Part shown: positions 42,347-54,372 of the stretch, piece after piece
Position numbering within the stretch: position 1 is the first letter of the stretch
How the letters are laid out: every line of letters begins with the position of its first letter
Origin: Ignavibacteriota bacterium
GTDB taxonomy: Bacteria; Bacteroidota; Ignavibacteria; UBA10030; CAVZMI01
DNA length: 64,000 nucleotides
Direction: 5' to 3'
Assembly: GCA_963776275.1 (NCBI GenBank)
Contig: CAVZMI010000021.1
Coordinates: 128,001-192,000, forward strand
Notes under the pieces: generated by a model
The model's database searches: none
Told to the model about the DNA's origin: nothing
Seen by the model: the letters and a program-made list of their open reading frames with translations, nothing else
Translations under genes and position numbers: made by a program

Positions 42347-42829
42347 TTAGTCAAGCCTGAAAATTGTATCGGGATTGTCTTCGTGGCGGATTTCATCCAC
42401 CGGATCCTTCCTGTCTCGTCCGGCAAACAACCTATTCGGGAAATTCACAACCATTCCGGGTGTCCCACCAATGTTCTTATACGCATGGACTACTCCTGCT
42501 GGTATTAAAACCGATTTAGGGGCGTCCTCGCCTCCAACGAATACCATTTTATGTTGGTATGTAGAGGAGTTTTTTCTATTATCCCATAGATATACCTTGA
42601 AATTTGACGGCCCCAAAAAGCAGAAAAAATCAGCTTGTTCACTATGTTCATGAGGCCCACGATGAATACCTGCGTGAGATATGGAAATATAAGCCATTTC
42701 CGGCCGGAATACTTCATCAAGATTATCCATCCGGAAGAGTTCGCACAACCAACCTCTGGTATCTTTAAATTTCTTCAGATCCCGAATGACTACACCCTCA
42801 ATAGGCTTTTCTATAGACATCAACGCCAT
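42347..42829 (-). CDS. dTDP-4-dehydrorhamnose 3,5-epimerase family protein (RfbC-like cupin)
   Basis: DTRGWLCELFR, RGPHEH, IPAGVVHAY; adjacent to rfbB. Confidence 0.88.
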   Translation of the reverse strand: MALMSIEKPIEGVVIRDLKKFKDTRGWLCELFRMDNLDEVFRPEMAYISISHAGIHRGPHEHSEQADFFCFLGPSNFKVYLWDNRKNSSTYQHKMVFVGGEDAPKSVLIPAGVVHAYKNIGGTPGMVVNFPNRLFAGRDRKDPVDEIRHEDNPDTIFRLD

Positions 42830-42859
42830 ATCTCTAATTGGAAAATTAAAACAAAAAGT

Positions 42860-42888
42860 AATGTACGAAACATGTTTTTTAAAGTCAA
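42860..42888 (-). promoter_or_regulatory. Sigma70-like promoter for the rfbC-like/rfbB pair
   Basis: TTGACT-N17-TACATT on the minus strand. Confidence 0.55.
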
Positions 42889-43121
42889 TTCAAGTTATTG
42901 AATTTATTTGGGTTACAGCTATTCCTTGACGGGTAAAAAGTGAAATGAAAAATTTACGCGGTAACAAGAGGAGTAATAGAGCGCCTATTCAGTAAGTCCG
43001 CCAATTGATTTGGATTTATTAGAATGTAAAAAATTAGAAAGTCAAAGTCAATATTGTGAGAAAGAGTCCGATTTTTGAAACAACTTGAGTAATTCAGATG
43101 TTTTTTGTACGTTCCATTGCA

Positions 43122-44271
43122 ATGAAAATTATTATAGCCCCCACATCGTTCAAGGGAACGCTCTCATCCCGTCAAACTGCTGCCGTAATGGCTGAAGCGG
43201 CACACGAAATATTTCCTGATGCAGAAATTCTTCCGATCCCTTTATCCGATGGTGGAGAAGGAACGACAGAAACACTGGTAGAGCTCAGTCAGGGGCAATA
43301 TCGCACATCGATTGTAGCTGAACCGGCTTCCCGGGCAGAAAGTCGAAGCCCGATGGGGTGTTTTGGGAGATAAGGAAACAGCCGTGCTCGAGATGGCATC
43401 AGCGGCCGGACTCTCTCTTATCCCATCCTCAAAATGCGATCCAAAAATCACAACGACCTTTGGGGTAGGTCAACTCATCACTCACGCCCTCAACGCCGGC
43501 ATGCGGCAGATAATCCTCGGGCTTGGAGATAGCGGCACAAACGACGGCGGTGCCGGTATCGTCCAGGCTCTCGGTGTACGGCTCCTCGATGCCAATGGAC
43601 ACGAACTTCCCCAAGGGGGCGTTGCTTTGCTTCAACTTGATAAGATCGATGTTTCTAACCTCGATCCAAGGATTCCGAACACCAAAATTATTCTTGCATG
43701 CGACGTGACTAATAACCTATGGGGTCCGGAAGGCGCATCCGTTGTTTTCAGTCCTCAAAAGGGTGCCTCGATGGAAGATGTCGGTATCCTCGATAATGCC
43801 CTTTTTCAGTACGGGTCGATTATTCGCCGCGATCTTGGCATTAATGTGCTGCAACTTCCTGGAAGCGGAGCCGGAGGAGGTGCGGCAGCAGGATTAGTCG
43901 CTTTTTGCAACGCAGAACTCCGCCGCGGGATCGAACTAATTCTGGATGTTGTCAATTTTAACAGTCTTATCGAAAATGCTACAATCGTACTTACCGGCGA
44001 AGGGAAACTCGATTATCAGACTCAATTCGGGAAAGTCATTCATGGGGTCTTGAGTCATACCAACCGGAGAGGAATTCCGACAATCGCAGTTGTTGGGACA
44101 ACCGAAGAAAATCCAGAAGATATTGCCTTGAAGATGCATCTCAATGCAGTTCATCGACTCATCGATGAAGTCGGCGAGACAGATGCCATCAAAGATCCGA
44201 AAGAATCTCTCCGACGAACAACCATCCATGCTTTACAAAAATTTACAAACGATACTCACCTAAAGCTTTGA
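43122..44271 (+). CDS. Glycerate kinase (GlxK/GarK family); +1 frameshift near 43326
   Basis: MKIIIAP.SFKGTL...DGGEGT, then EMASAAGL, TNDGGAG, PQKGA and TGEG..D.QT..GK in the next frame. Confidence 0.9.
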
Positions 44272-44283
44272 AAGGAGTAAAAA

Positions 44284-45177
44284 ATGGCATTTATTTTCTC
44301 TCTTATGATCGCGGTCATCGCACTTTTCTGGTGGATTGCTGCACGAAAGAAATATTTAGCACAGCGAAATCTTGCTTTCCAAGCAAACACAAGAGTTGCA
44401 CTCGTGGTTTTTGTGCTATCTCTTGTTTTCGCTCTCGTCCAGTGTTTTACGATCATCCCGGCCGGACATGTCGGTGTTGTCGATCTCTTCGGAGTTGTAT
44501 CAAACCGTACACTCCCTGCGGGTATTAACTTCGTAAACCCACTCGCAAACGTTGAGAAGTTTTCGATCCAAACGAAAGAACATAAAGAAACCATGCAAGT
44601 ACTTTCCCGCGAAGGATTGACGATCGGTCTTGAGATCAGCGCATTGTACAGACTCAATCCCGATTCCGCTGCACGTGTCTATCAGACCGTCTCAAATGGA
44701 GATTATGAAAATATTGTATTGATTCCACAATTTCGTTCCATCAGCCGGTCGGTCACGGCAAGTTTTCAAGCCAGCGCGCTCTACTCTACGGAAAGGGAAA
44801 GGCTCGGTATAGCAATTCTGGAAGAACTTGGACGAACGATAGGCCCCCGAGGTGTTATCGTTGAATCAACACCATTGCGCAATGTTGCCCTGCCGACACA
44901 ACTCACAGAGGCAATCGAGCAGAAACAGCGGGCGGATCAGGAAAGTCAGCGGATGGAGTTCATTCTTACGAAGGAACGGCAGGAAGCCGACAGGAAGCGC
45001 ATCGAGGCCAAAGGAATCGCCGACTTCCAAACAATCGTCGCTGCCGGAATCAGTGACCAGTTGTTACGCTGGAAAGGAGTTGAAGCGACAGAAAAACTGG
45101 CAAATTCACCGAATACCAAAGTCATCATCGTCGGCTCAGGAAAGGATGGCCTGCCCGTCATTCTCGACACCAAGTAA
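44284..45177 (+). CDS. Prohibitin/SPFH (band 7) family protein
   Basis: Two N-terminal TMs, IPAGHVGVV, AIEQKQ.A.QE, EA.RKRIEAKGIA. Confidence 0.92.
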   Translation: MAFIFSLMIAVIALFWWIAARKKYLAQRNLAFQANTRVALVVFVLSLVFALVQCFTIIPAGHVGVVDLFGVVSNRTLPAGINFVNPLANVEKFSIQTKEHKETMQVLSREGLTIGLEISALYRLNPDSAARVYQTVSNGDYENIVLIPQFRSISRSVTASFQASALYSTERERLGIAILEELGRTIGPRGVIVESTPLRNVALPTQLTEAIEQKQRADQESQRMEFILTKERQEADRKRIEAKGIADFQTIVAAGISDQLLRWKGVEATEKLANSPNTKVIIVGSGKDGLPVILDTK

Positions 45178-45227
45178 CTAAAAATCCTGGTGGAGCGACC
45201 TATGAATTCTCGATCCTTTTTGAGAAA

Positions 45228-47989
<2,762 letters not shown>

Positions 47990-48033
47990 CTTTCCCTCCT
48001 TATATTTACCAAACCACCCTTCTTTCCAGTAAT

Positions 48034-49035
48034 TTATGCGAAATGATCATAACCATGTTTATGTACTACATACTTCTTCCCGTCTTCACTATACTGTAAT
48101 CCCTTCCCCTTTTCGAGAATAGTGCCAATCTTTGAGAGAGGACGATTGAACTTTTTTTGAAAGCTATGAGCTATATGTGTATAGTATTCAGGATCAATTG
48201 TAATAAGCAAACAGTAATCTTCTCCGCCGGTAAGAGCAATTTCTTCCGCATTCCAATTGTACCGCTTCGATACTCTTCGAAGCTGTACAGAAAGCGGAAG
48301 CCATTCAATTTGAATATGAGCGCCGCAGGATGAGGCTTCCATAATTCTGCAAATGTCAGAGTCGATCCCATCGGAAACATCCATCATCGCGTGCACTCCA
48401 TCCTGAATTGCAAGCCATGCTCCTTCCATGAGATGTGCTTTCGGCCTCTGATGCCGCTGAACCAGCAGAGCGGTATCCTCTTCCATGCCGATATCCTCGA
48501 GAAGAATTCTCAATCCGCCTCCGGAGTCTCCTATACAATCTGTAACACAAATATAATCGCCATACCGTGCAGTTGAACGGTATTTTATCAGTCGAGTTTC
48601 TTCTAATCCTAGGACAGTCATAGTAACAACGATATGAGCCGGAGATTTCGTAGTATCCCCCCCTAATAATGAAACATTTTCAGACTCGGCGAGTTCACGT
48701 AATCCATTGTAAAAATCATCAAGCCATTCCACTTCAATTTCCCCTGGTATTCCGATCGAGATAAAAGTGCTTGTAGGACTCCCTCCCATTGCGGCAATAT
48801 CGCTGAGATTGACTGCGAGTGTTTTATATCCGAGATCGCGGGGAGAGATTTTTTCTCGGAGAAAATGAATGCCTTCAACAAGCATATCGGTGGTGACAAG
48901 AAGCGAGGTTCCAGAGCCCCAAGGAATAACGGCGCAGTCATCTCCGATCCCCACTATATTTTGAGGAAGATTTTGGGTAAATGGTGGCGAGACTCGTCGA
49001 ATAAATCCAAATTCACCGATTGCTGAGAGTTTCAT
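48034..49035 (-). CDS. thiL: Thiamine-monophosphate kinase
   Basis: GEFGFI, GIGDDCA, TTDMLVEG.HF, NLSDIAAMG, GGDT, DVSDG, GGEDY. Confidence 0.96.
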   Translation of the reverse strand: MKLSAIGEFGFIRRVSPPFTQNLPQNIVGIGDDCAVIPWGSGTSLLVTTDMLVEGIHFLREKISPRDLGYKTLAVNLSDIAAMGGSPTSTFISIGIPGEIEVEWLDDFYNGLRELAESENVSLLGGDTTKSPAHIVVTMTVLGLEETRLIKYRSTARYGDYICVTDCIGDSGGGLRILLEDIGMEEDTALLVQRHQRPKAHLMEGAWLAIQDGVHAMMDVSDGIDSDICRIMEASSCGAHIQIEWLPLSVQLRRVSKRYNWNAEEIALTGGEDYCLLITIDPEYYTHIAHSFQKKFNRPLSKIGTILEKGKGLQYSEDGKKYVVHKHGYDHFA

Positions 49036-49690
49036 CCCCGGCACCTTTCTTTTTTTGTTTCTCCTGTTCAATTATATCCCGGAATTTTCTCGATGTACCC
49101 TCGGGATCAGCGGCGGCACACAGTGCCGAGACGATAGCAAGCCCATCCGCTCCAGCTTCTATCACAGCACCAGAATTTGATAAATTTATTCCACCGATCG
49201 CAACAAGAACGTTACGCGTTTGTAAACGGAGCGCATGCAAACCTTCAATCCCCCACTCGGTGGCCGTATCGGTTTTTGTGGGAGTGGGAAAAATCGGACT
49301 GACTCCCAGATAATTTACATCCAGTTTTTCGGCTTCAACAGCTTGCTCCATCGTCTCAACTGAAAAGCCTATAATTGCATCCGGACCCATCAAATACCGG
49401 GCATCGCGAACGGACATATCCTGCTGACCGATATGCACACCATCCGCACCAGAAGCAAGTGCGACATCAACTCTATCATTAATGATCAGGGGAATTCCAT
49501 GCGAGTGGACAATTTTTTTGACTCTTCGCGCTCGCTCGACGAATTCTCTTGTCGAACATTCCTTCTCACGAAGTTGAACGATCGTTACACCTCCCCGGAC
49601 AGATAATTCTACAACTTCTTCGACAGTTCGTGGAAGCGAAATCCGGCTATCTGTCACAAGATAGAGACTATAATCAACTATGCGCCTCAT
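49013..49690 (-). CDS. thiE: Thiamine-phosphate synthase
   Basis: LYLVTD, VQLREK, IINDRVD, GVHIGQ.D, PTPTK, AIGGI. Confidence 0.97.
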   Translation of the reverse strand: MRRIVDYSLYLVTDSRISLPRTVEEVVELSVRGGVTIVQLREKECSTREFVERARRVKKIVHSHGIPLIINDRVDVALASGADGVHIGQQDMSVRDARYLMGPDAIIGFSVETMEQAVEAEKLDVNYLGVSPIFPTPTKTDTATEWGIEGLHALRLQTRNVLVAIGGINLSNSGAVIEAGADGLAIVSALCAAADPEGTSRKFRDIIEQEKQKKKGAGDETLSNR

Positions 49691-50490
49691 GACCATTCTA
49701 TTTTCAAGCGCTGGTGAATATCCGATTCTGTCAATTGATATAATGCATCGAGAATGTGTAATTGAAGAGATCCCGGACCTCTTGAATGTTCCGCAGCGAT
49801 CTCGCCGGCAATACCGATTATAACCATTGCATGGGCGGCAGCGGCCAACGGTGATGGATTCACTGCTGCAAATGCGCCGGTCAGCGCCGAAGCCGTACAG
49901 CCAAGACCGGTCACCCTTGGCATCATGGGATGGCCGTTCGATACACGGATGATTTTTTCGTTCTGGACAATAATATCTACTGCACCACTCACACTGACGG
50001 CACAGCCATAGCGTTGCGAAAGTATCCTAGATGCGTCAAGCGCCTCTTCAGAGCCATGCCTGCTGTCGACCCCCTTGGTCAACCCTTCGGCATGATAGAG
50101 TGCACGGATCTCAGACGCATTCCCACGGATAATCGTTGGCGGGGCTTCCTTCAAGAGTCTATGAGCAGTCTCGGTCCGAAAACGAGTCGCACCGGCACCG
50201 ACAGGATCCAGGATTATTGGAACATTACGGTCCTTCGCTGCGTGGACTGCTTTTATCATTGAATCGATCCATAGTCGACTCAAAGTACCAATATTAATGA
50301 CAACCGCTCGTGCGATTCCAACCATATCTTCAACCTCGTCAATTGCATGTGCCATCACGGGCGATGCACCGAGAGCGAGTAGAGCATTTGCTGTTGTATT
50401 CATCACCACGTAGTTGGTGATGTTATGAACAAGCGGCGCCTCTTCACGGATTTTCTGTACGTCCTGCCAGACTGCTTTTGCATCGGTCAT
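49687..50490 (-). CDS. thiM: Hydroxyethylthiazole kinase
   Basis: PLVHNITNYV, GASPVMA, INIGTL, LDPVG.GAT..R, RGNASEI, TGLGC. Confidence 0.97.
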   Translation of the reverse strand: MTDAKAVWQDVQKIREEAPLVHNITNYVVMNTTANALLALGASPVMAHAIDEVEDMVGIARAVVINIGTLSRLWIDSMIKAVHAAKDRNVPIILDPVGAGATRFRTETAHRLLKEAPPTIIRGNASEIRALYHAEGLTKGVDSRHGSEEALDASRILSQRYGCAVSVSGAVDIIVQNEKIIRVSNGHPMMPRVTGLGCTASALTGAFAAVNPSPLAAAAHAMVIIGIAGEIAAEHSRGPGSLQLHILDALYQLTESDIHQRLKIEWS

Positions 50491-50518
50491 ACAACCTCTC
50501 CATTGATAGTATAGAACA

Positions 50519-50572
50519 CAATCGCCGTTTCCCTGACATCATACCAGCGATCTGTCAGAAAAACGGCGATTG
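50519..50572 (-). terminator. Expression-platform hairpin (terminator-like) of the TPP riboswitch
   Basis: caatcgccgttt...ctgaca/tgtcag...aaacggcgattg stem between the aptamer and the thiM RBS; weak U-tract. Confidence 0.55.
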
Positions 50573-50580
50573 AAAAAATT

Positions 50581-50660
50581 TTAGTTTCCCTACGCTGGTA
50601 TTACCCAGATCAGGTCGAGGGTGTGTTCTCAGCATCCGCATTTTACGGAGCACCCCTAAC
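50581..50660 (-). ncRNA. TPP riboswitch
   Basis: Minus strand taggggtgc...gctgaga...accc..gacctgatctgggtaataccagcgtagggaa consensus, upstream of thiM; TTGCTT-N17-TATATT promoter at 50669-50697. Confidence 0.96.
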
Positions 50661-50757
50661 GATGAGTAAATATAATAAAAAGATGAAGAGAAAGCAAGAT
50701 TGTTTGAAATCATCCGTGAATTTCGTACATTTTAAATAATGGAAAAGGAGTTGTTCT

Positions 50758-51471
50758 ATGCGGCTTGCAATTAACATCGACCATATTGCCACACTTCGAG
50801 AGGCACGCGGCGGAGTCGAACCCGATCCGGTTGCAGCAGCAGCTATCTGTGAGATTGCCGGAGCCGAGGGGATTGTGTGTCACCTGCGTGAAGACCGGCG
50901 TCATATCAATGATCGTGACGTGCGATTGCTCCGGGAAACGGTGAAAACAAAACTCGATCTCGAAATGGCCGCCACCGACGAGATCATAGGCATTGCGATC
51001 GATATACTCCCGGATCTGGTAACTCTGGTTCCTGAACACCGACAGGAACTGACAACCGAAGGGGGAATCGACGTTGTTGCCCAGCGTGATTTCTATGGCG
51101 ATGTCATAAAAGAGTTTCACGGACATGAAATCCCGGTGAGTCTTTTTATCGAGCCGGAGCAGGATCAAATCGAAACCGCTGCAGCAATCGAGACAGACAT
51201 GATAGAAATTCACACGGGACAATATGCCAATGCCGTGAATGATGAAGAAATACGAGAACATCTCGAGAAAATCAGAATGGCGGCAGCTCTAGGAAAAAAA
51301 TTTCAACTGGATGTAAACGCGGGACATGGATTAAATTATGTGAACATCATCCCTCTTAGACAAATCCATGATATTGACGAAGTGAGCATAGGTCATGCCG
51401 TCATTTCGCGAGCCGTTCTAAGCGGCCTCGAGACTGCTGTCCGCGACATGGTGACGCTTGTCCGCGGATGA
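50758..51471 (+). CDS. pdxJ: Pyridoxine 5'-phosphate synthase
   Basis: NIDHIATLREAR, HLREDRRHI, VPE.RQELTTEGG, AGHGLNY, IGHA. Confidence 0.98.
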   Translation: MRLAINIDHIATLREARGGVEPDPVAAAAICEIAGAEGIVCHLREDRRHINDRDVRLLRETVKTKLDLEMAATDEIIGIAIDILPDLVTLVPEHRQELTTEGGIDVVAQRDFYGDVIKEFHGHEIPVSLFIEPEQDQIETAAAIETDMIEIHTGQYANAVNDEEIREHLEKIRMAAALGKKFQLDVNAGHGLNYVNIIPLRQIHDIDEVSIGHAVISRAVLSGLETAVRDMVTLVRG

Positions 51472-51486
51472 ATACGAAGCATCGAA

Positions 51487-51966
51487 TCATTTTATTTCAT
51501 AATAACCTGTCATCACCGCTTCAGCAATGATTTTCCCTTTCAAAGCAGCCTGGAATTGAGACAGATTTGTCCTCACAGGAAGATTCAACGATTCGATATT
51601 CAGTGCATACAACGTCGCGACGTATGGATGAACACCCGATCCGGGCGGCGGTGATGGACCACCGTAACCGATTTCGTTATAGGTGGACATCAATTCTTTT
51701 GCACCCGAGGGAAGGCTGTTTGTTCGTGAAGCACCCTCAACGATCTTCCCTTCCTGTCGATTAATATTAATAATTAACCAGTGCACCCAGTTTCTTGCGA
51801 CCGGGTGGGGATCGACGAGCGAAAAGGCGAAGGATTTTGTTTCAGGCGGAGAACCGGCCCAGGAAAATCCGGGTGAAACATTTTTTCCACCGGTAACGGT
51901 GTGGTGGGTAAATCGGGTCGGTATTGAATCCTTGTCTTTGTACGAAAGACCTGTGAGCGTAAGCAT
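51487..51966 (-). CDS. YbhB/YbcL family (PEBP/RKIP-like) protein
   Basis: NVSP, DP.....WVHW, GYGGPSPP.GSG.H.Y. Confidence 0.92.
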   Translation of the reverse strand: MLTLTGLSYKDKDSIPTRFTHHTVTGGKNVSPGFSWAGSPPETKSFAFSLVDPHPVARNWVHWLIININRQEGKIVEGASRTNSLPSGAKELMSTYNEIGYGGPSPPPGSGVHPYVATLYALNIESLNLPVRTNLSQFQAALKGKIIAEAVMTGYYEIK

Positions 51967-52202
51967 AGAGACCTCCTACTACCGGATCAATTTAATAATA
52001 TATTTTATTTGTAAGAATCCGCTGGAATGGCATCCCATCACTCTTTTCTCTTTCGGGCTCCATAACCTGTGACGGTGCCGTATGTTTCTTCCATTATCAC
52101 CTGATATGACATGGGACAAGAGTGCTTATAACTCGGGCTCACGAGGAATATACTGAATTTCGAGATATGAAGTCAAATATCAGGAAGTAAAAGAGACGAG
52201 TA

Positions 52203-52253
52203 AAAAAGGCTGCCCGAAATAATCATCTTACAATGAGTCATATTTCAGACAGC
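52203..52253 (-). terminator. Intrinsic terminator after the 52277-52771 gene
   Basis: ggctg..gaaata/tatttc..cagcc stem followed by a T-run on the minus strand. Confidence 0.5.
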
Positions 52254-52276
52254 CGATCTATTATTAATGGAACGTG

Positions 52277-52771
52277 TTACCATAATGCCAATAACACTGT
52301 TTTCTGAATGGTATTCACTGCCACTTGTGTTTTTTCAAGCTGACGAGTGTACGTAAACCAGGAACACAGTTTCTTGACTTTTTGGTTAACGGAATATTTC
52401 GCCATCCCCGCAATAGCAAAATCACCACGATCGCTCTTTAAATCATATAGTGCCAGTATTGCACACAGACGCGATCGAGTATCGGCGGTTTCAGATTTTA
52501 CTATACGCATTAAAGGGATAATAGAACGAGAAAAGGAAAAACCGGGGTTATATGCTTTTAACTCACGGAGTGTATGAGCCGCGGATGACTCGATGCCGGG
52601 ATAACCGCTTTGAAGAGCGATTATAATATTCGTCTCAATCTGATACAACTTCGCATCAGTGAAATAGGGACTGTGGAGTACTTTGTCTTGTGCCATTGCA
52701 GAAGCTGCAATCAACACAAATCCGATAAGCACCATTACTATAGAGCTGAGAATGTGTTTACGATTTTCCAT
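52277..52771 (-). CDS. Hypothetical secreted helical (HEAT-like) protein
   Basis: Signal peptide, GAGGAG RBS, IIPLMRI...R..AILALY helical repeat pattern. Confidence 0.7.
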   Translation of the reverse strand: MENRKHILSSIVMVLIGFVLIAASAMAQDKVLHSPYFTDAKLYQIETNIIIALQSGYPGIESSAAHTLRELKAYNPGFSFSRSIIPLMRIVKSETADTRSRLCAILALYDLKSDRGDFAIAGMAKYSVNQKVKKLCSWFTYTRQLEKTQVAVNTIQKTVLLALW

Positions 52772-52862
52772 GGTTGACTCCTCCAAATTATCTTTGGATC
52801 TTTTGTTATTTTCGATACTACGATTCAGTGGGACCTCTTTTGAACAACACTCTACGTTGCGT

Positions 52863-52888
52863 TACGTAGTACTGTAAAAAAAGTTACA
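52863..52888 (-). promoter_or_regulatory. ECF-sigma-type promoter
   Basis: tGTAAC-N16-CGTA on the minus strand; same layout as 54286-54310. Confidence 0.6.
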
Positions 52889-52959
52889 CTCGTGATACTT
52901 CTTGCAACTCACATTCCTCCTCGATATCTTTGGATGGAACAGCCGAGGCAGGTTATTCT

Positions 52960-53925
52960 ATGAAACAACCGGTAATCTGGATTATTTTGTGTGTCTTTTC
53001 TATAGCATGTTTTTTTTCATGCAATGGAAAAGGGAAACAGTCAGCATCTCAGGATCGAAGGTTCACGGTGGGCATTTGCGTTGCACAGGAAACCGAGGCA
53101 ACCCGAGAAATGCATCGGGCTATTGATGAACGTGCTGTAGATGATGATGCAAATATCCTCTGGGCGTCAGCCGAACAGAATGAAGCGACGCAAGAACAAA
53201 TATTCAAAGAATTCTTTGATAAAGGAGCCAAAGGGATAATTTTTGAACCCGTCAATCAGTTGACGGCTGGATTGCTGATCGATGATGCAATCAGCCGGGG
53301 GATATCGGTTGCCGGTATTGGTGCACTACCGGAGGCAAAACAGGTAGGAGTTTTTATCATGCCTGATTTCGAAAACGCTGCAGAAAAGTTGGTTCGCGGT
53401 GTTGTCGAAAGACAACGCAAACAGGGACGGATTCTTATTCTGACGGCTGAAATCCTAGATTCACAGGAAGTCACTCTGCTTCGCTCAATGCTTAAGAACC
53501 TAAGGGAGAATGGATCGGAGTATCAGGCCTTTGGTCTTTCCACTGATTCGGGCACTGTTCGCCGGGCTATGAACAGCATTCTGTTTTCTCCTTCACCGCC
53601 TACAGCCGTCATAGCAACACACGCTTTATACATCCTCATTGCAAGTGATCTATTCCGGCTAGGACTGGTTTCACCGCGTCCGATTCTTGCTTGCTATAGT
53701 GAAGAGCGAAGAGCCCGGGATGCCCTTCAAAACGGTCTCATTGATATCGTCGTCGATCCTCAACCGGCAGAAATTGGCACCACGGCTCTATCCAGCATTG
53801 TTCGTCTTATAAAACGGCTCCCTCTGGAAACTCACTCAAAAGCAATTCGGAGTGGACAATTGCCGATCCCGATAATAAAAACACCCGTACAGATTAGTTA
53901 CTCCCAACATATCTCTCGTCACTAG
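52960..53925 (+). CDS. Sugar-binding periplasmic lipoprotein (RbsB/Peripla_BP_4-like)
   Basis: Lipobox-like FFSC, GAKGIIFEPVN, VDPQPAEIG; no ABC partners nearby. Confidence 0.75.
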   Translation: MKQPVIWIILCVFSIACFFSCNGKGKQSASQDRRFTVGICVAQETEATREMHRAIDERAVDDDANILWASAEQNEATQEQIFKEFFDKGAKGIIFEPVNQLTAGLLIDDAISRGISVAGIGALPEAKQVGVFIMPDFENAAEKLVRGVVERQRKQGRILILTAEILDSQEVTLLRSMLKNLRENGSEYQAFGLSTDSGTVRRAMNSILFSPSPPTAVIATHALYILIASDLFRLGLVSPRPILACYSEERRARDALQNGLIDIVVDPQPAEIGTTALSSIVRLIKRLPLETHSKAIRSGQLPIPIIKTPVQISYSQHISRH

Positions 53926-54241
53926 TGTCTCGATTCAAAAATAACTTGAATAATTCGGAGCGCCATATAATGCTATTCCATTCGGTTTCCGTCAGTTTTA
54001 ATCCAATAAATTCTCACCGTTACAATCATATAATTATAATTCTAAATGAATTTAATAGTTGGAACGGTACTGTGCCCTGTTTTCTGTAAGAATTAATGGT
54101 TGTCGGGGCACTAGTCAAGTTATTTTTGGTACTCGACACTAGTACCGCTCCAACCATCATTTTAAAAATTCTATATGGTTATATAGGTCGGACCGTGTAC
54201 TGTGCCCTTTTAATAATAAGAAATAGTTGTAAGGGCACTAG
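53921..54241. repeat. Nested/tandem array of short palindromic (MITE-like) elements joined at CTAG/CTG
   Basis: 29-bp inverted repeat at 53921-53949 and 54115-54143; roughly 58-bp imperfect direct repeat at 54056-54114 and 54184-54241. Confidence 0.75.
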
Positions 54242-54285
54242 AAATCGAAATTCCCACTTAGAAATCTCATTTCCCCTGGCGATAC

Positions 54286-54310
54286 GTAACTTTTTCACTA
54301 ATACACCGTA
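54286..54310 (+). promoter_or_regulatory. ECF-sigma-type promoter
   Basis: GTAAC-N16-CGTA about 60 nt upstream of the AGGAGG RBS and ATG 54373. Confidence 0.6.
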
Positions 54311-54372
54311 TCTATTTTTGAGTGTTCGTTTCAAGTCAATTCAATTTTAAGCCTTAAAACAGGAGGTGAATT

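Noticed and set aside
54056-54241. CRISPR mini-array or integron attC sites
   Set aside because: Only two imperfect copies, no constant repeat-spacer period, no cas or intI gene, and no RYYYAAC/GTTRRRY ends.
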